A stretch of 63,859 nucleotides of DNA, counting the filler, from Reticulomyxa filosa (lineage: Eukaryota > Protista > Foraminifera): assembly GCA_000512085.1 (NCBI GenBank). It is 18 parts of 18 records of this genome, joined end to end, with 100 filler letters (N's around TTAATTAATTAA, not from the genome) between each part and the next. Parts side by side here need not be neighbours in the genome. Positions count along the whole stretch, not along the records: positions 36,591 to 42,290 come from ASPP01010147.1; positions 42,391 to 43,710 come from ASPP01028045.1; positions 43,811 to 52,213 come from ASPP01013307.1; 15 more parts are not named here. One strand, 5' to 3'. The position numbers were made by a program, and so were the translations under genes. Below the pieces are notes generated by a model. That model was not told where the DNA came from. It did no database searches and saw nothing but the letters and a program-made list of their open reading frames with translations. Of the stretch, positions 38,985 through 50,332 are shown one piece after another. Within the stretch, counting starts at the first letter, position 1, and every line of letters begins with the position of its first letter.

Positions 38985-41900
38985 GTTACTGCTGAAGTCA
39001 AAGAGTTTTCCACTCGTCTTTTCTCATCCGTTTACCCCTCTCTTACCGGGCACACTGAAACTAAAGGACACCAAATCGGTAACAAAGCCACTTTAAGACA
39101 GAAAAACAAATAAAATTTGTGGCAGCGAATATATTTATAAAATTTTAAATGGATCTCAAATTGTTTATAGAAATACCGAATTTGTTGTGAAATGCAATTT
39201 GTTGCACTTGTTTTATGTGCATTAACAATAGCTCAATGCAAAAAAAGAATTGAGCTTTTTCTCATTTCAAAATTCTTTCCACTTGAAAGATTAATCATAA
39301 TCTCCAATCAAAAAAACCAAAAAAAGTTAAATAAAAAAAGGATGACTGGTGAATACCCAGCAAGTGTTCAGAGCTGCCGGGTATGCAAAAATGCTTACTG
39401 GCCATCGCTCGTTATTTTCAATGCACAAACTTTTCGCTATCGATTCAGCATTGTTGCATTCAGTCAAACGTCCTAACATTGTTGAATTTTGTGTGTTTGT
39501 GTATTGTATGTGTTGCAATCGTTTTACACTTTGTTTTATTTTTTGATTGAGTGAGAAAGGAATAATCTCAAAAAAATTGATTGGTTGCCTTTTTATAGAA
39601 AAGCAACAAAATGTGAAAATTCTCCAAAAAAGATACCTTTCACAACTCCGATCCCTTGTAAATATGCTTATTGTCTTCCCACACGTTTTAACAGGACTGC
39701 CATTTGAGGTCATTTTCTTGTGAAGGCAGATAGATCCAATCAAGGAGTAAGTGTGGTATTGCAGTTGGGCCACGATAAATGGGTCGAACATGTCAAAATG
39801 TAGGTACATAGCAAGTAAGGAGGCTGTTTGCCAAACGAATTGGTCCACTCGCACACACACTCAGGTCTCAGTCCGCCCTATACGTCAAAAAAAATTTGTG
39901 CATACCTCAAGTTATTGTATGCATTAAAGAGAAGATATTGATGCAAACTCTTTACAACTGGCACATGTGTGTATGTATACCATGGAGCCACTGGTATTTG
40001 TTTCAGTGACGATAACTTGCTCTATTCTCAGAAGCGCTCGCTTTGGTGTCTGCGCTTGCTTGTTGGCAATTTCAATGCTTTGGAAAAGAGACGTGTTCGC
40101 GTTTTCGTTAGCAAGAAGATCTTGTTCATGATTTGAAAATGTTCTCAAAACGACATGATAACATCAATTTGTTCTTGAAATGAACAGAAGGTATCATGGT
40201 CTTAGTTTTTTTTAATTTTAGAGTACTGAAATTTCGCATTTATTTAAGTTGTACAAAAACTTTAATAAAATTTTTATTATAAAATAATGGTCTTAAAAAA
40301 AGATTATAAAATTTACTTTAGAAATGATTGCATTTGCTTTGTTTGAAATATTAATGAATGTATTTCTAAAAAGGGCCTAGTTCCTTTTTGTTTTCTTGTC
40401 TTTCATGTTATTACGTAAGTTAAAACTTAGAAGAGATGCTGTGGATTTCGATACAAAAGTGAAAGAATAATCGAATTACATGGCATACTGTCTGACGAGA
40501 TATGTTTTGTAAAGAAATAAACAGTCTTTTCCCACTGTTGCATTCCTCATATCCAATTCAAATCAACCAATCACTACGAAGAGTGCAAGAGCATGATATT
40601 CAGACACAAAAACTGGTGTGCATATGCCATAAACCTTTGCAAAGCTCTAAATTTCGTTGGTATGGTCATTGTAGCAACTCTTGTTGTCCAGCACAGTCTT
40701 TGTAATGTATCTTTTACTCGATTCGTCAACTTTCTGCTATTGCCCCCAACAAAATATACTTCCTTCTGATCCGCTTATCGTTACGCGTGCATTACTTATT
40801 TGTAATGTTTTTCGCATACATCTTACTTCAATTATGTGTTAATATTAATTTATGAATAACTATCAAGTGATGGCTTCATAACCTTTTGATCCAAAAATTA
40901 TCTTCATTAATTTTTCTTTGTATCTGCACATTGAACCATTTTTGAAAAAAGTATATTTTTATGATCATTCACTGGTTGTGCATTATTCTGAAGTAAATAA
41001 CTATGCGGTTGACTGTACAAGAAAAATTAAAAGAAAATTCGACGTGAAGTGACCCAAAGATAAAATAATGAAAGAGGATACGTGATTAAATTATTAGTAA
41101 AAAAATTAAAATAATTTACTTTGTTTTTTTGACAACAACACTATCCTTCATTGAAGATTATCTGAGAATAAGAGTTGTATTATACCAATTTTTTATCATT
41201 GCATTCTTCATATCCAATTTTTTGCAAACAATATTTCACACTTACAAAATCCTTGATTAAACATTTTCATGACATTTTGTTTGTCAATTGGTTGTATCAA
41301 AATTATATCAATGGTGTGTTTAAAGATTGGAATAATTGTGTAACAATATTCAAATTATTTGTTCAATTGCTTTGTTTGATTCTAATCACTTTTTATCAAT
41401 ATAAATCTCCAGTTTTAATTTTTTCAAGCTTTTCCATAAGAAAGACATTGCACAATGAAACTTGTCAATGATGGAAATAATAATTGCATTGCCGAAATCA
41501 CATTATTGTTTTCTGTACAGAGAAATTTACAAATCACACATTGACAATAAAATATATAAGTGGAATCAATCATCATTGCCATTTATCACTTCTCCTATTG
41601 TTATCAAAATCCCATTTCATCGGCCTTTCCAACAATACATTCCTAGTTGTGATCGGCCATGACAATGATCAGTTCGGCCAAGTGAGTGGGTTCCTCCTTG
41701 AAAAGGTACTGCAACTGATCGTAGGTCGATAGGCCCGAGATGTCCATCGGGCATGATCAAGATGTTGTCAGGATAAGTGTCCCTATTGAACCCCACGTTT
41801 TTGAAGATTGATATCCTTGCATCAATAGCAGTGTCTTCAGAAAAAACGCCAGATTGGGTACCACGGGTGCATCATACGAGAGATAGTGCACTGACGCCGA

Positions 41901-42390
41901 CAGGCTATCAGGCCACGTCAGCAGCTGAACAGCAGGGTAAGCATGCAATTGAGTAAACGGTAGTGAGTTGTGCAAATATCTCAACTTCTTTAATGTTTAT
42001 AATAGAAGAAAGACTATCACACAAGTAGTTAAATTCAATAAACAAAAAAGACCCCCTCTTTTTGATCGTGATGAATGTGGCTAAGAAAATAAGGTAACAA
42101 CTGCTCTCGATCCAGCATCCTCAAAAAAAAAAAGTGTAAAAATCTAAGGAAGCGCGGTGGGCCGACTGTGGCTGGCAAAGGGGCGAATAGGAGACTGGGC
42201 AAAAGGGAACACACTGCAACCGAAGCAGCAAATAAGAAGACAAACGAAGTAATCCAAAGATAAAATATTGGCGCATAATGGAAAAAAAAANNNNNNNNNN
42301 NNNNNNNNNNNNNNNNNNNNNNNNNNNNNNNNNNTTAATTAATTAANNNNNNNNNNNNNNNNNNNNNNNNNNNNNNNNNNNNNNNNNNNN

Positions 42391-42647
42391 TCAATCAGCC
42401 TCTTGACACCTTGCTCATGATGGGCGGGTCTTTGAAAGACGTCAGGGCTATGGCCACTTCACTTGCTGCTGCTGAAACCTATTCTGAATATCCGGAAAGT
42501 GAATATGCTGATACCATTGCTAGTGACACCATCACCGATTTGGAGTCACTCAACAGCATCAGCGATGAAGAGGTGGAAAAGGATGAGGATCATAATTTTA
42601 AAAATAATAGCCACCATTTGAAGTTACCTGTCAATCGATATGAATAA
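42391..42647 (+). CDS. Acidic C-terminal fragment of an unknown protein
   Basis: Open frame from contig start to TAA, followed by a U-rich 3' UTR-like tract. Confidence 0.5.
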
Positions 42648-42999
42648 ACACAATTTTGTTTTTGTTCTTGTTGTTGTTTTTCTTTCTGTCGTCTTCTTTA
42701 AAAAAAAAATCTTATGTCATTGTTACCATTGATATACTAATCATACACTTTTCCTTTATATAGAAGAGATTATCTATTTTGTTGTTGCTGGTGATTGTGT
42801 ATATCATCTTTTTGTCTAGTCATTGACAGTTTTTTTTCATAGTTGCTCTTTTCTAATCTATTTTCATTTTTGAGTTTTGCTTTTTTACTGGTTTACCTTT
42901 TTTGTGTCGTGCAAACTTTGGCGAACTAAACTTTTATTGTTCATATCTTTACTTGAAAATGAAATCTCTGCAACTGAACAATAGTCAAATAATATAAAA

Positions 43000-43160
43000 A
43001 TAAAAAACACCAAATTTTAACATTAATTTTATATTTAAAATAAAATATAAAAAATAAAAACATTAAATAACATTAAATAACATAAAAAACATTAAAAAAT
43101 AATTAAAAAACATTAAAATAATAAAAAAACATTAAAAAATAATAAAAAAAATATTAAAAT
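43000..43160 (+). repeat. Imperfect AT-rich tandem repeat (AAAAACATTAAA-like units)
   Basis: Repeated aaaacattaaa / aataa units directly flank the structured element. Confidence 0.7.
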
Positions 43161-43161
43161 T

Positions 43162-43471
43162 GGGGGGAACACTGATTATCCAATAATTGCAAAAGCAACT
43201 ACTGAATAACCAGTAAGAACCCTGGTCAACGCTCACTTGTCGGAAAATCCGAACTCCATATCTACTGTAAAAGAATGTTAAAAACACTCTAATACAGCAG
43301 CTACCCTAGGAAGAGAACTAGAGTAGACTATGAGAGCCGACTATCCTTATTACTTAAATGCTAGAATTAGCATTTAAGTAAAAATGCGAGCTCTATGAAG
43401 AGTAGAGCTAGAGATACAATAGTATCCTAGATACTCTTCATAAAAGTTCTCCCAAAAGGAAAAACCGGTAT
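43162..43471 (-). ncRNA. Unidentified highly structured RNA candidate (~310 nt)
   Basis: At least eight hairpins tile the region, and most non-Watson-Crick pairs are G-U on the minus strand but A-C on the plus strand. GC-richer island in AT-rich flanks with no ORF. Confidence 0.65.
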
Positions 43472-44016
43472 GAAGAAAAATAAATAAATATATTATAAAT
43501 CATGACTCAAAAGGTCATTTTATCAATTATCAATATAACACAAACTACTTTATTATATGTATTTACAAATAATATTTACTTATCCATAAAACGAAAAATC
43601 GCAATTTATATTATATTAAAAAAACATATATAATTTTTTTTTTATTATTTATTGAAATAATTATACCAAAAAACAAAAAAAGTTAAATTAACAATTAATA
43701 ATATTAAATTNNNNNNNNNNNNNNNNNNNNNNNNNNNNNNNNNNNNNNNNNNNNTTAATTAATTAANNNNNNNNNNNNNNNNNNNNNNNNNNNNNNNNNN
43801 NNNNNNNNNNTATTCCCATTTTTATATAACCCATCTATATCAACATATTATATAGCATACATACACTTGTCTTTTTTTTTCCCTTCCTTTCATCCTTTGT
43901 AACATTCGTATGTGTATTTTTTTTTTTTTTAATCTTCCGGAATTGCGCGTTTTTTTCCCCCTTTTTTTTAAAAAAATCTCAATTCTCATACATCTCACTC
44001 ATAATATATACAAAAC

Positions 44017-44672
44017 CTGTTCACTGCCTTCATGGAATATGCCGTTGCACAAATCGATCCATAGCCCGACCATACGTTTGGACTGTGTGAGAAGGACGAT
44101 CAAGTCTTCGTTTGTAAAGCAATGCTCCTTGTAATTTGGGTCTGAGCCATTCAAATATTTGAACTGTTTGGCGTGAATTGGCGTTTTGCAACACATGACA
44201 TTCAGATCGTAAATGCCACGGCTCAATTGTTTTGGACATTGCGACCATCCGTCTGGCAAGGCCAACTTAATTTCTGCAAAGTGGGCCAGCTCTTCTTGCG
44301 TTGCTTCTGTTGTTTTCTCTACTCTCATCTTTTGCTTATTTGGCTTGCTTTTTTGCCACTGTGTTTCTTGTTGCTTGCCATTTTCACGTCTTGTTCTTCA
44401 CTCATGTTCATACCCCTCGGCGGGGCTGCTCGGTTACCCATGGGAGGAGCCATTTGTGATGGATATGAATATGGAAATGCTGGATATGGAGGGTAAGGAG
44501 GCGCATTTGGGTTCTGCGGGTACCACGGATGGTAGTAATTCATCGCTGAGTACATTGGAGGGGCAGCAGCCATTGGCACACCCTCAAGTGGCGGGGTTGG
44601 AAGAGCGGCATTCGAAGGTGAACCCGTAGAAAACATCTTAGCAACCGGAGGAGCTTTGACAATGTCACTCAT
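44017..44672 (-). CDS. Cysteine-phosphatase-type RNA 5'-triphosphatase (RNGTT/DUSP11-like), N-terminal part after a Pro-rich leader
   Basis: LPDGWSQCPK...CKTPI...HCFTNEDLI...KRMVGLWIDLCN matches the capping-enzyme pattern IPPRWLNCP...LKT...F...MGLLVDLTN. 1-nt frameshift ~44345. The catalytic HCxxGxxR would lie beyond the contig end. Confidence 0.68.
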
Positions 44673-44940
44673 TTTTTTTTTTGTTCTTAAAAAAAAACCA
44701 ACCAAGGACGAGGTTGTACATACCTAAATCAAAAATTTTGTTGCAGATGCCATAAAATATATAAGTAAGATTAATTGTACGTTGGCAATGTCTCTCAGAT
44801 CATGATGTGTCTAGAAAGATATGTCAATCACTTCGAACGACAAACTTGCATTTAAATGACTTTTCTAAGAACACATTTGTTTTTTTGTTTCCCTTTGCTG
44901 AAAAAACCCGCAAGAGATATTCTATTATGGAAAGTTTGGC

Positions 44941-47900
44941 TCACATTTTTAAACTTCCACAAGCGCTACAGCGAAAAGAATTTGCAGAATTGACAAGAGT
45001 ACAGGTCTGGCAGGTCCACTCTTGAGCGGCTGCAGGAGCACCAGCACTAGCCGGTTGATTCATGCGTGCTTCCAAGGGATGTGAAAATCGCGCGTGATCT
45101 CGAATCATCGGCCTCGTCTGTCCACAAATCGAGCATACTGTTGTATTGGGTCTATTCACAAACGTGCAAGTAGTACAAGCCCATTCACTTGGCCCGGAGA
45201 CTGACTCATCGGTACTTGGTATCGCCGAGGAAGGTTGAGCAGCAGATACAGAGGAAGGATGAGATGATACTATTTTAAAAAGTTAAGTTGTATTTTATTG
45301 AATTTATTTGTGATATGTATGATCATGAAATGAACTAAGAGGGGAGGAGAGGAAAAATAGAGTTTTTAACTTTGTGACACGTTGTGATCCGTCTGAGGTT
45401 TTTGTGTTTTTTTAGAAGAAGCATGTGTTGCATGAGAATGATCTACTCCTCCATCCAATTTTTGAGCATGGCATCCCTGGCAATTCAGACGTGTGCCTTT
45501 GTTGAGAAAGTCGCATTTATGACAAACCCAGCTCTCTATTCGTGTGTTTTTTTTTTTACAATTTTGTTTTGATTTGTTTTGGTGGACACAATTTGCAATG
45601 AGTTTGTTTCAAGTCTTAATTCAATTTTATTTTTTTTATTTTATTTTTTTATTTTCATTTTTGTTTTTGTGTTACATTGTTTTGAGGATGTCCCAACTAA
45701 CCTTCATCATGCAAGATTCCTTTGGCACCTGTTTTGGATTTCTCGGTATCTCTCATCGGAACATCTTTACCATGGTCACGAGATCGATGACAATACACAC
45801 ACGAAAGTCTGGTTGATTTATTCAAAGTCTCGCAATGTCCGCAAACCCATCGATCTGTCCAAACAAAGTAAGTTCACCTAACAAAATTTTTTGTTTTGTT
45901 TTTGTTGTTTTGTTATGTCTTCCTTTCTCTCTCTCCAATATAAATTCGCTTTACCGGTCAATCCCAAGTATTTTTCCCCGTCGTCTGCAGATTTGCGATT
46001 TTTCGCATGCGCGGGGTGCAAGGTGTGACAAATTTGGCATTCTTGTCGTGTTCCTCGATTCAGAAATTCGCATTTGGGATTCGGGCAAACCCATGTTTCT
46101 TAATTTCGAGTTGTTTTTTTTTTAAAAAAAAGAAAAAGGGAATTACAAAGCAAATATTTGATTACTTGTTTTGTTTATTTACACATTGACATGAGGAAAA
46201 AAAAAAACAAAACGAACCATGTTTCTTTAGCTTGGCAATATTTTCTTGTGTGGTGTCCGTTGTGTTATTAGAAGATAGCAATTGCTCGTAGTTTCTTTGT
46301 GGAATGGTTCCTCTACTTGACAAATTATATGTTTTGGGTGGCTCTTCAGTAACTGGTGGAACTGTTTTATTGTTTTATTGTTTTATTGTTTTGTCAATTT
46401 GTATGTTGTTTTCTTTTATACGCTGTCATAAGTGAATGTATTTTTCTTTTTCTTTATCCTCTCTTCTCTCTCCTCAAATTTCTTTGGCGTTTAAACTGAT
46501 AACATCATCTTCGTGTTGCGCCGTGCCTGTCTCGAACATGGCGTCATAATTTCGATTCGGAATATTTGCAGCCCGGACGACTTTGTCCTCGGCCGAAAGC
46601 ATTTCAACATCTTCATCTGGTGGTTGTTGTTCTTGCACCGTCTTGAGCACCTCAACTTCGGATGTCATTTTGTCGTAATCTCGCACAGGAATGTTGACTG
46701 GATCGATGACCGACAGTTTCTCGACGCTATCTGCTGTAATGGCATGTGACATATCGTATGTTTTGTATGACCACAGGAGGGGGGAGGGGGGGGGGGGACG
46801 TGTTAACATTAAGGAGCTTCAAAAAAGAGAGAGAGAGAAAAAAAATAGCAGAATCGAATGGGATGACATACCTTTTGATCCTGATTGTTGGACAATGTTA
46901 TCGTGCTGGGCCTCTTTTTTGAGTTTGTGCATCCATTGTTGCGAAGTTGGATCTTGCCCTGTCGTAGATTCATCCTTTCCCTGCAACAGTTTGTCGTAAT
47001 CTCGGTCTGGAACATTTCCACCGGGAAATGCGTTTGGGGGAGGCACGACGAAAACTCGTCATTGTCTACATCCATGATCTCTCGTTGGGGCTTGTCCTCG
47101 GGCGCTAATGTTGACTTTGTCTTTGGTCGAATGCCCGTGGAAACGCCAGTGTCATATTTCGGCCGACTCGCATGACACACCGCACATTCTTTGCGATTGG
47201 GTCGATTCATAAATTGGCATGATATGCATATCCACTTTTCTTTTTCTATCCATTTTTTGGTTGTTCATTTGTGTACTTTTATTTTTTATTTGATTAAAAA
47301 AAAAAAGGATCCGTTTATGGGAGGAAAGGTACCAAAGACACACTTTTAGAGTCTTTGGTAGCATCATTTTCGTTTGAATCAGGATTTTGAAGCAATTTGT
47401 CATAATCTCGGTTTGGAATGACTGAGAATTCGCTCGACAATTGATATTTTGTTGCATTGGTATTATCCGGATCCGACTTTGTCTTGGCCATGGCAATTGG
47501 CTGTTCAAACGGAACGCCGTGAACTGTCAATGAGTGTTCCTTTTTTTTTTAAAAAAAATTTATTGTTCATTGCGAGGACTATCACGAGACAGAAATGGCG
47601 ATATACACACAACACACAACAAGACAATTGAAACTTGAATCATTGCCAACGTGATATACTCGTTGCAAAGAGGACACAATTCAGTTCGGTTCGCGCACAT
47701 GTTTTCATGACTCACCAAATCTTCGGCAGGGAAAGACAAGTGGCAATATTCGCAAACAACTTTTCGTTGGCTACATTCTTGGGTTTGATGTTTGATTAAT
47801 TCCTGACGTCCATTACAAGACACTTCGTTACACAAATCGCAAATGATCTGTTGGTGATACAATGACTCGTGTTTTTCTTTTTCGTCCACTTTCATAAGTT

Positions 47901-49978
47901 TGTCACAGGTTTTGCAATAGAAGAATTGTTTCAAACAATGTGGCAAATGTCGATCAAATGTCCATTTATTTACGTATCGTTGACTTTTTTTTTTTTTTGT
48001 TCAAGTTTTTTTATTTTAAACTAATTCAATCATTTTACTGTTCAAGTTGTGAGAAACTTAAAAAAAGGACATGAAAAAGTTGTTTAAAAGCAATATATAA
48101 TAAAATATATTGTATATGTATATGTATATATATATATATTGAATATATAAAAAACCAACCAATTCTCACAAAAAGCTTTGGTCTCGTCACTGCTCAAATC
48201 GATCTTGCTGGCCGTGCTATGTGTTTGCAATGAGCTCGCACGATTTAAATTAGACATTGAAGAACTCGCCAAATCTAATTCATTAATTCGCAACGTATAC
48301 TCCATTTTGTCTTCGTCCTCTTTCGTTTTCTCCTCGTTGCTTTTTTCGGACGGTAGAGATTTGGATTTGAAAGCACCACGAACCGCAATGTGCAAGTATT
48401 TCAAAGAGATCACATTTTTGTTCGTGGATTGCACTTTTTTCAACAACTCGTCGACATCGACTATTACACATGCGCTGCCATTGCTTATATCGTTGTAATC
48501 ATTCAAAAGTGGTCCCGGTTTGCTATTCAATGCGCTGACATATAAATCCGTATCAAACAGACCCCGCTTTTCCGTGGTCAAGGCTATTTCGATCACTGGT
48601 AGTTTGCGCTTTTTTTGTCCATCTTTTAAAATATTTGTTACATACGTGTTTATACATTTTTTTTTTTTTTAAAAAAATTGAAAGAGCATAGCATATTGTT
48701 CCTCCTCTCCTCTTTAAAAAAAAAAAAAAAACAAACACCCTTTTAATTAATGATTGGTTGCGATTATTATTACCATCGTCGTTGTCATTGTCATTGTCAA
48801 GACTGACATCGATAAGTGAATATGGCAATACCAGTTTGTAGTACCGAAACTCCTCTGTTTTGAAGACGATAAAGTCGTTGATCTCATCCCCAACGACCAA
48901 ACTGCGATGATAGTATTCATTTCGCCAATTATCTTGACTATTGTCCAACGGCGGCGCAAACTCCACAATCAAATCGGTATCCACGATTTCGATGCCTTTG
49001 TTGCTTTGTGTGTTGGGCTTGACTTGCAATACGTTCATCTTTAAGTTGTCCATTGACGGTATCACTACGTTCTTACCTTCAGTTAGTGTCGTATAATTAC
49101 GCAGAGCACTTTCCAGCCTTTTCGTGTCACCGTTGACATACATCACAAGTTGTAAACGTGCAAAAAGCAACATGCAAAAAGCAACATGCAAAAAAATGAA
49201 CAAATTAATAGATAGATAATGAAAGAAAAATGATTATTTGAAGATTGTGGCGGAGTTGAATAAACAAAACTGTTCTTTTGCTGTCTCGTCCTTCAATAAA
49301 GTATAGGGCTGTAATTTCACATATCGACCTTTGGGTAACGATATATGAGTCACATTGACTTCTTGCCCGTCCTTTATTCCCAGTTCTTCCATCATCTTTT
49401 GTTTGTTTGTTTTATTTGTTTCGTGGTCATCCCTTCCTTATTTTCGAAAAAGTGATAACAATCCACTCTCAAAAGTCTCTAACACTCGCGTTGGCAAAAC
49501 ATAAAGTGAAACACGAAACCCAAGGAGGCATCAGGACACAACCTTCTGGTGCGTCAAATTCGCGAACTCCACAATGAACAAATTTTCGAGATGGTCTTTT
49601 TTTTTAAAAAAAAAAAATTTCAAAAACTTTACTATTTTGTCATTTGCTCATGTCCCTATTATGTTTTTTATTTATCTTGGATAATTTACTTTGCAAGGCC
49701 CAATTGCATGGCTGTAATGACTTCTTCACGTGATATTGGTAAAGACATCTCGAAACACAACTATTTTTTCAAAAAAAAAAAAAAGAAGACATTATCTATT
49801 GCGGTTGGCCACCGTTCATTTGATGGGCATTTTCAAAAATCAAGATGCTAAAATCTTAAACTGGAAATTTCACGTTTGGCAATTCTAAGACTTTCACACT
49901 TGCGTCTTGAGGAAGATGTACTCTATCTCCAATACATTTGCTGTTACCGTAGGCCCAAAATGAACCCAAGTTTGCCAT
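44941..49978 (-). CDS. UFD1-domain protein with TRAF-type zinc fingers and six RanBP2/NZF fingers; many exons
   Basis: GDRVHLPQDA...FP|LCFEM; HCGVREFDAPEGCVLMPPW|MMEELG...SLPKGRYVKLQP; LESALRNYTTLTEG; IEIVDTDLIVEFAPP (UFD1). CSQRKVVCEYC...HENMCANRTELCPLC (TRAF-type). Six W-x-C-x2/4-C-x3-N-x6-C-x2-C fingers. Confidence 0.85.
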
Positions 49979-50332
49979 ATTTATTCTTTTATATGCAGGG
50001 GTCCACAATAAAACTTTTTGTGATTTTTTTCTTGTGGTTGTTGAAGTTAGTTTTAAAGTTTAATTACACTTAAAAAAAGCGCTTCTTTTTATTTGGCCTC
50101 ACTCTTTTGATTTTAATCACTAAATCATTCTTTGATAGCATATTTTCAGGAATTGTTGAGTTTATTTTCACTCGATCAATAGTTTATTGCATTATGGAAA
50201 ACTACCTTTTTCTTTTCAAGCTAGGCATCACTTTTACAATATGTTTTAAATATTTTGAGCTCATCGATTGAAAAACAGGAAACAAGTGTTTTGTTAGCAG
50301 GAGTTTAAAAGTGTTTTTTTTCCTTAAGAAAA
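49979..50332. promoter_or_regulatory. Short divergent intergenic region, probable bidirectional promoter
   Basis: Inferred ATGs at 49978 (minus) and 50333 (plus) are about 354 nt apart on the same contig. Confidence 0.45.

Noticed and set aside
42150-42230. HDV-like ribozyme suggested by CTGGGCAA and GGCGAAT words
   Set aside because: Motif order is wrong and the P1/P2/P3 pairings could not be built.
43327-43350. Group I intron S element (AUAAGGAUAGUCGG after a P8-like hairpin)
   Set aside because: No upstream GACUA (P7 5' strand) on that strand, and no host gene is interrupted.
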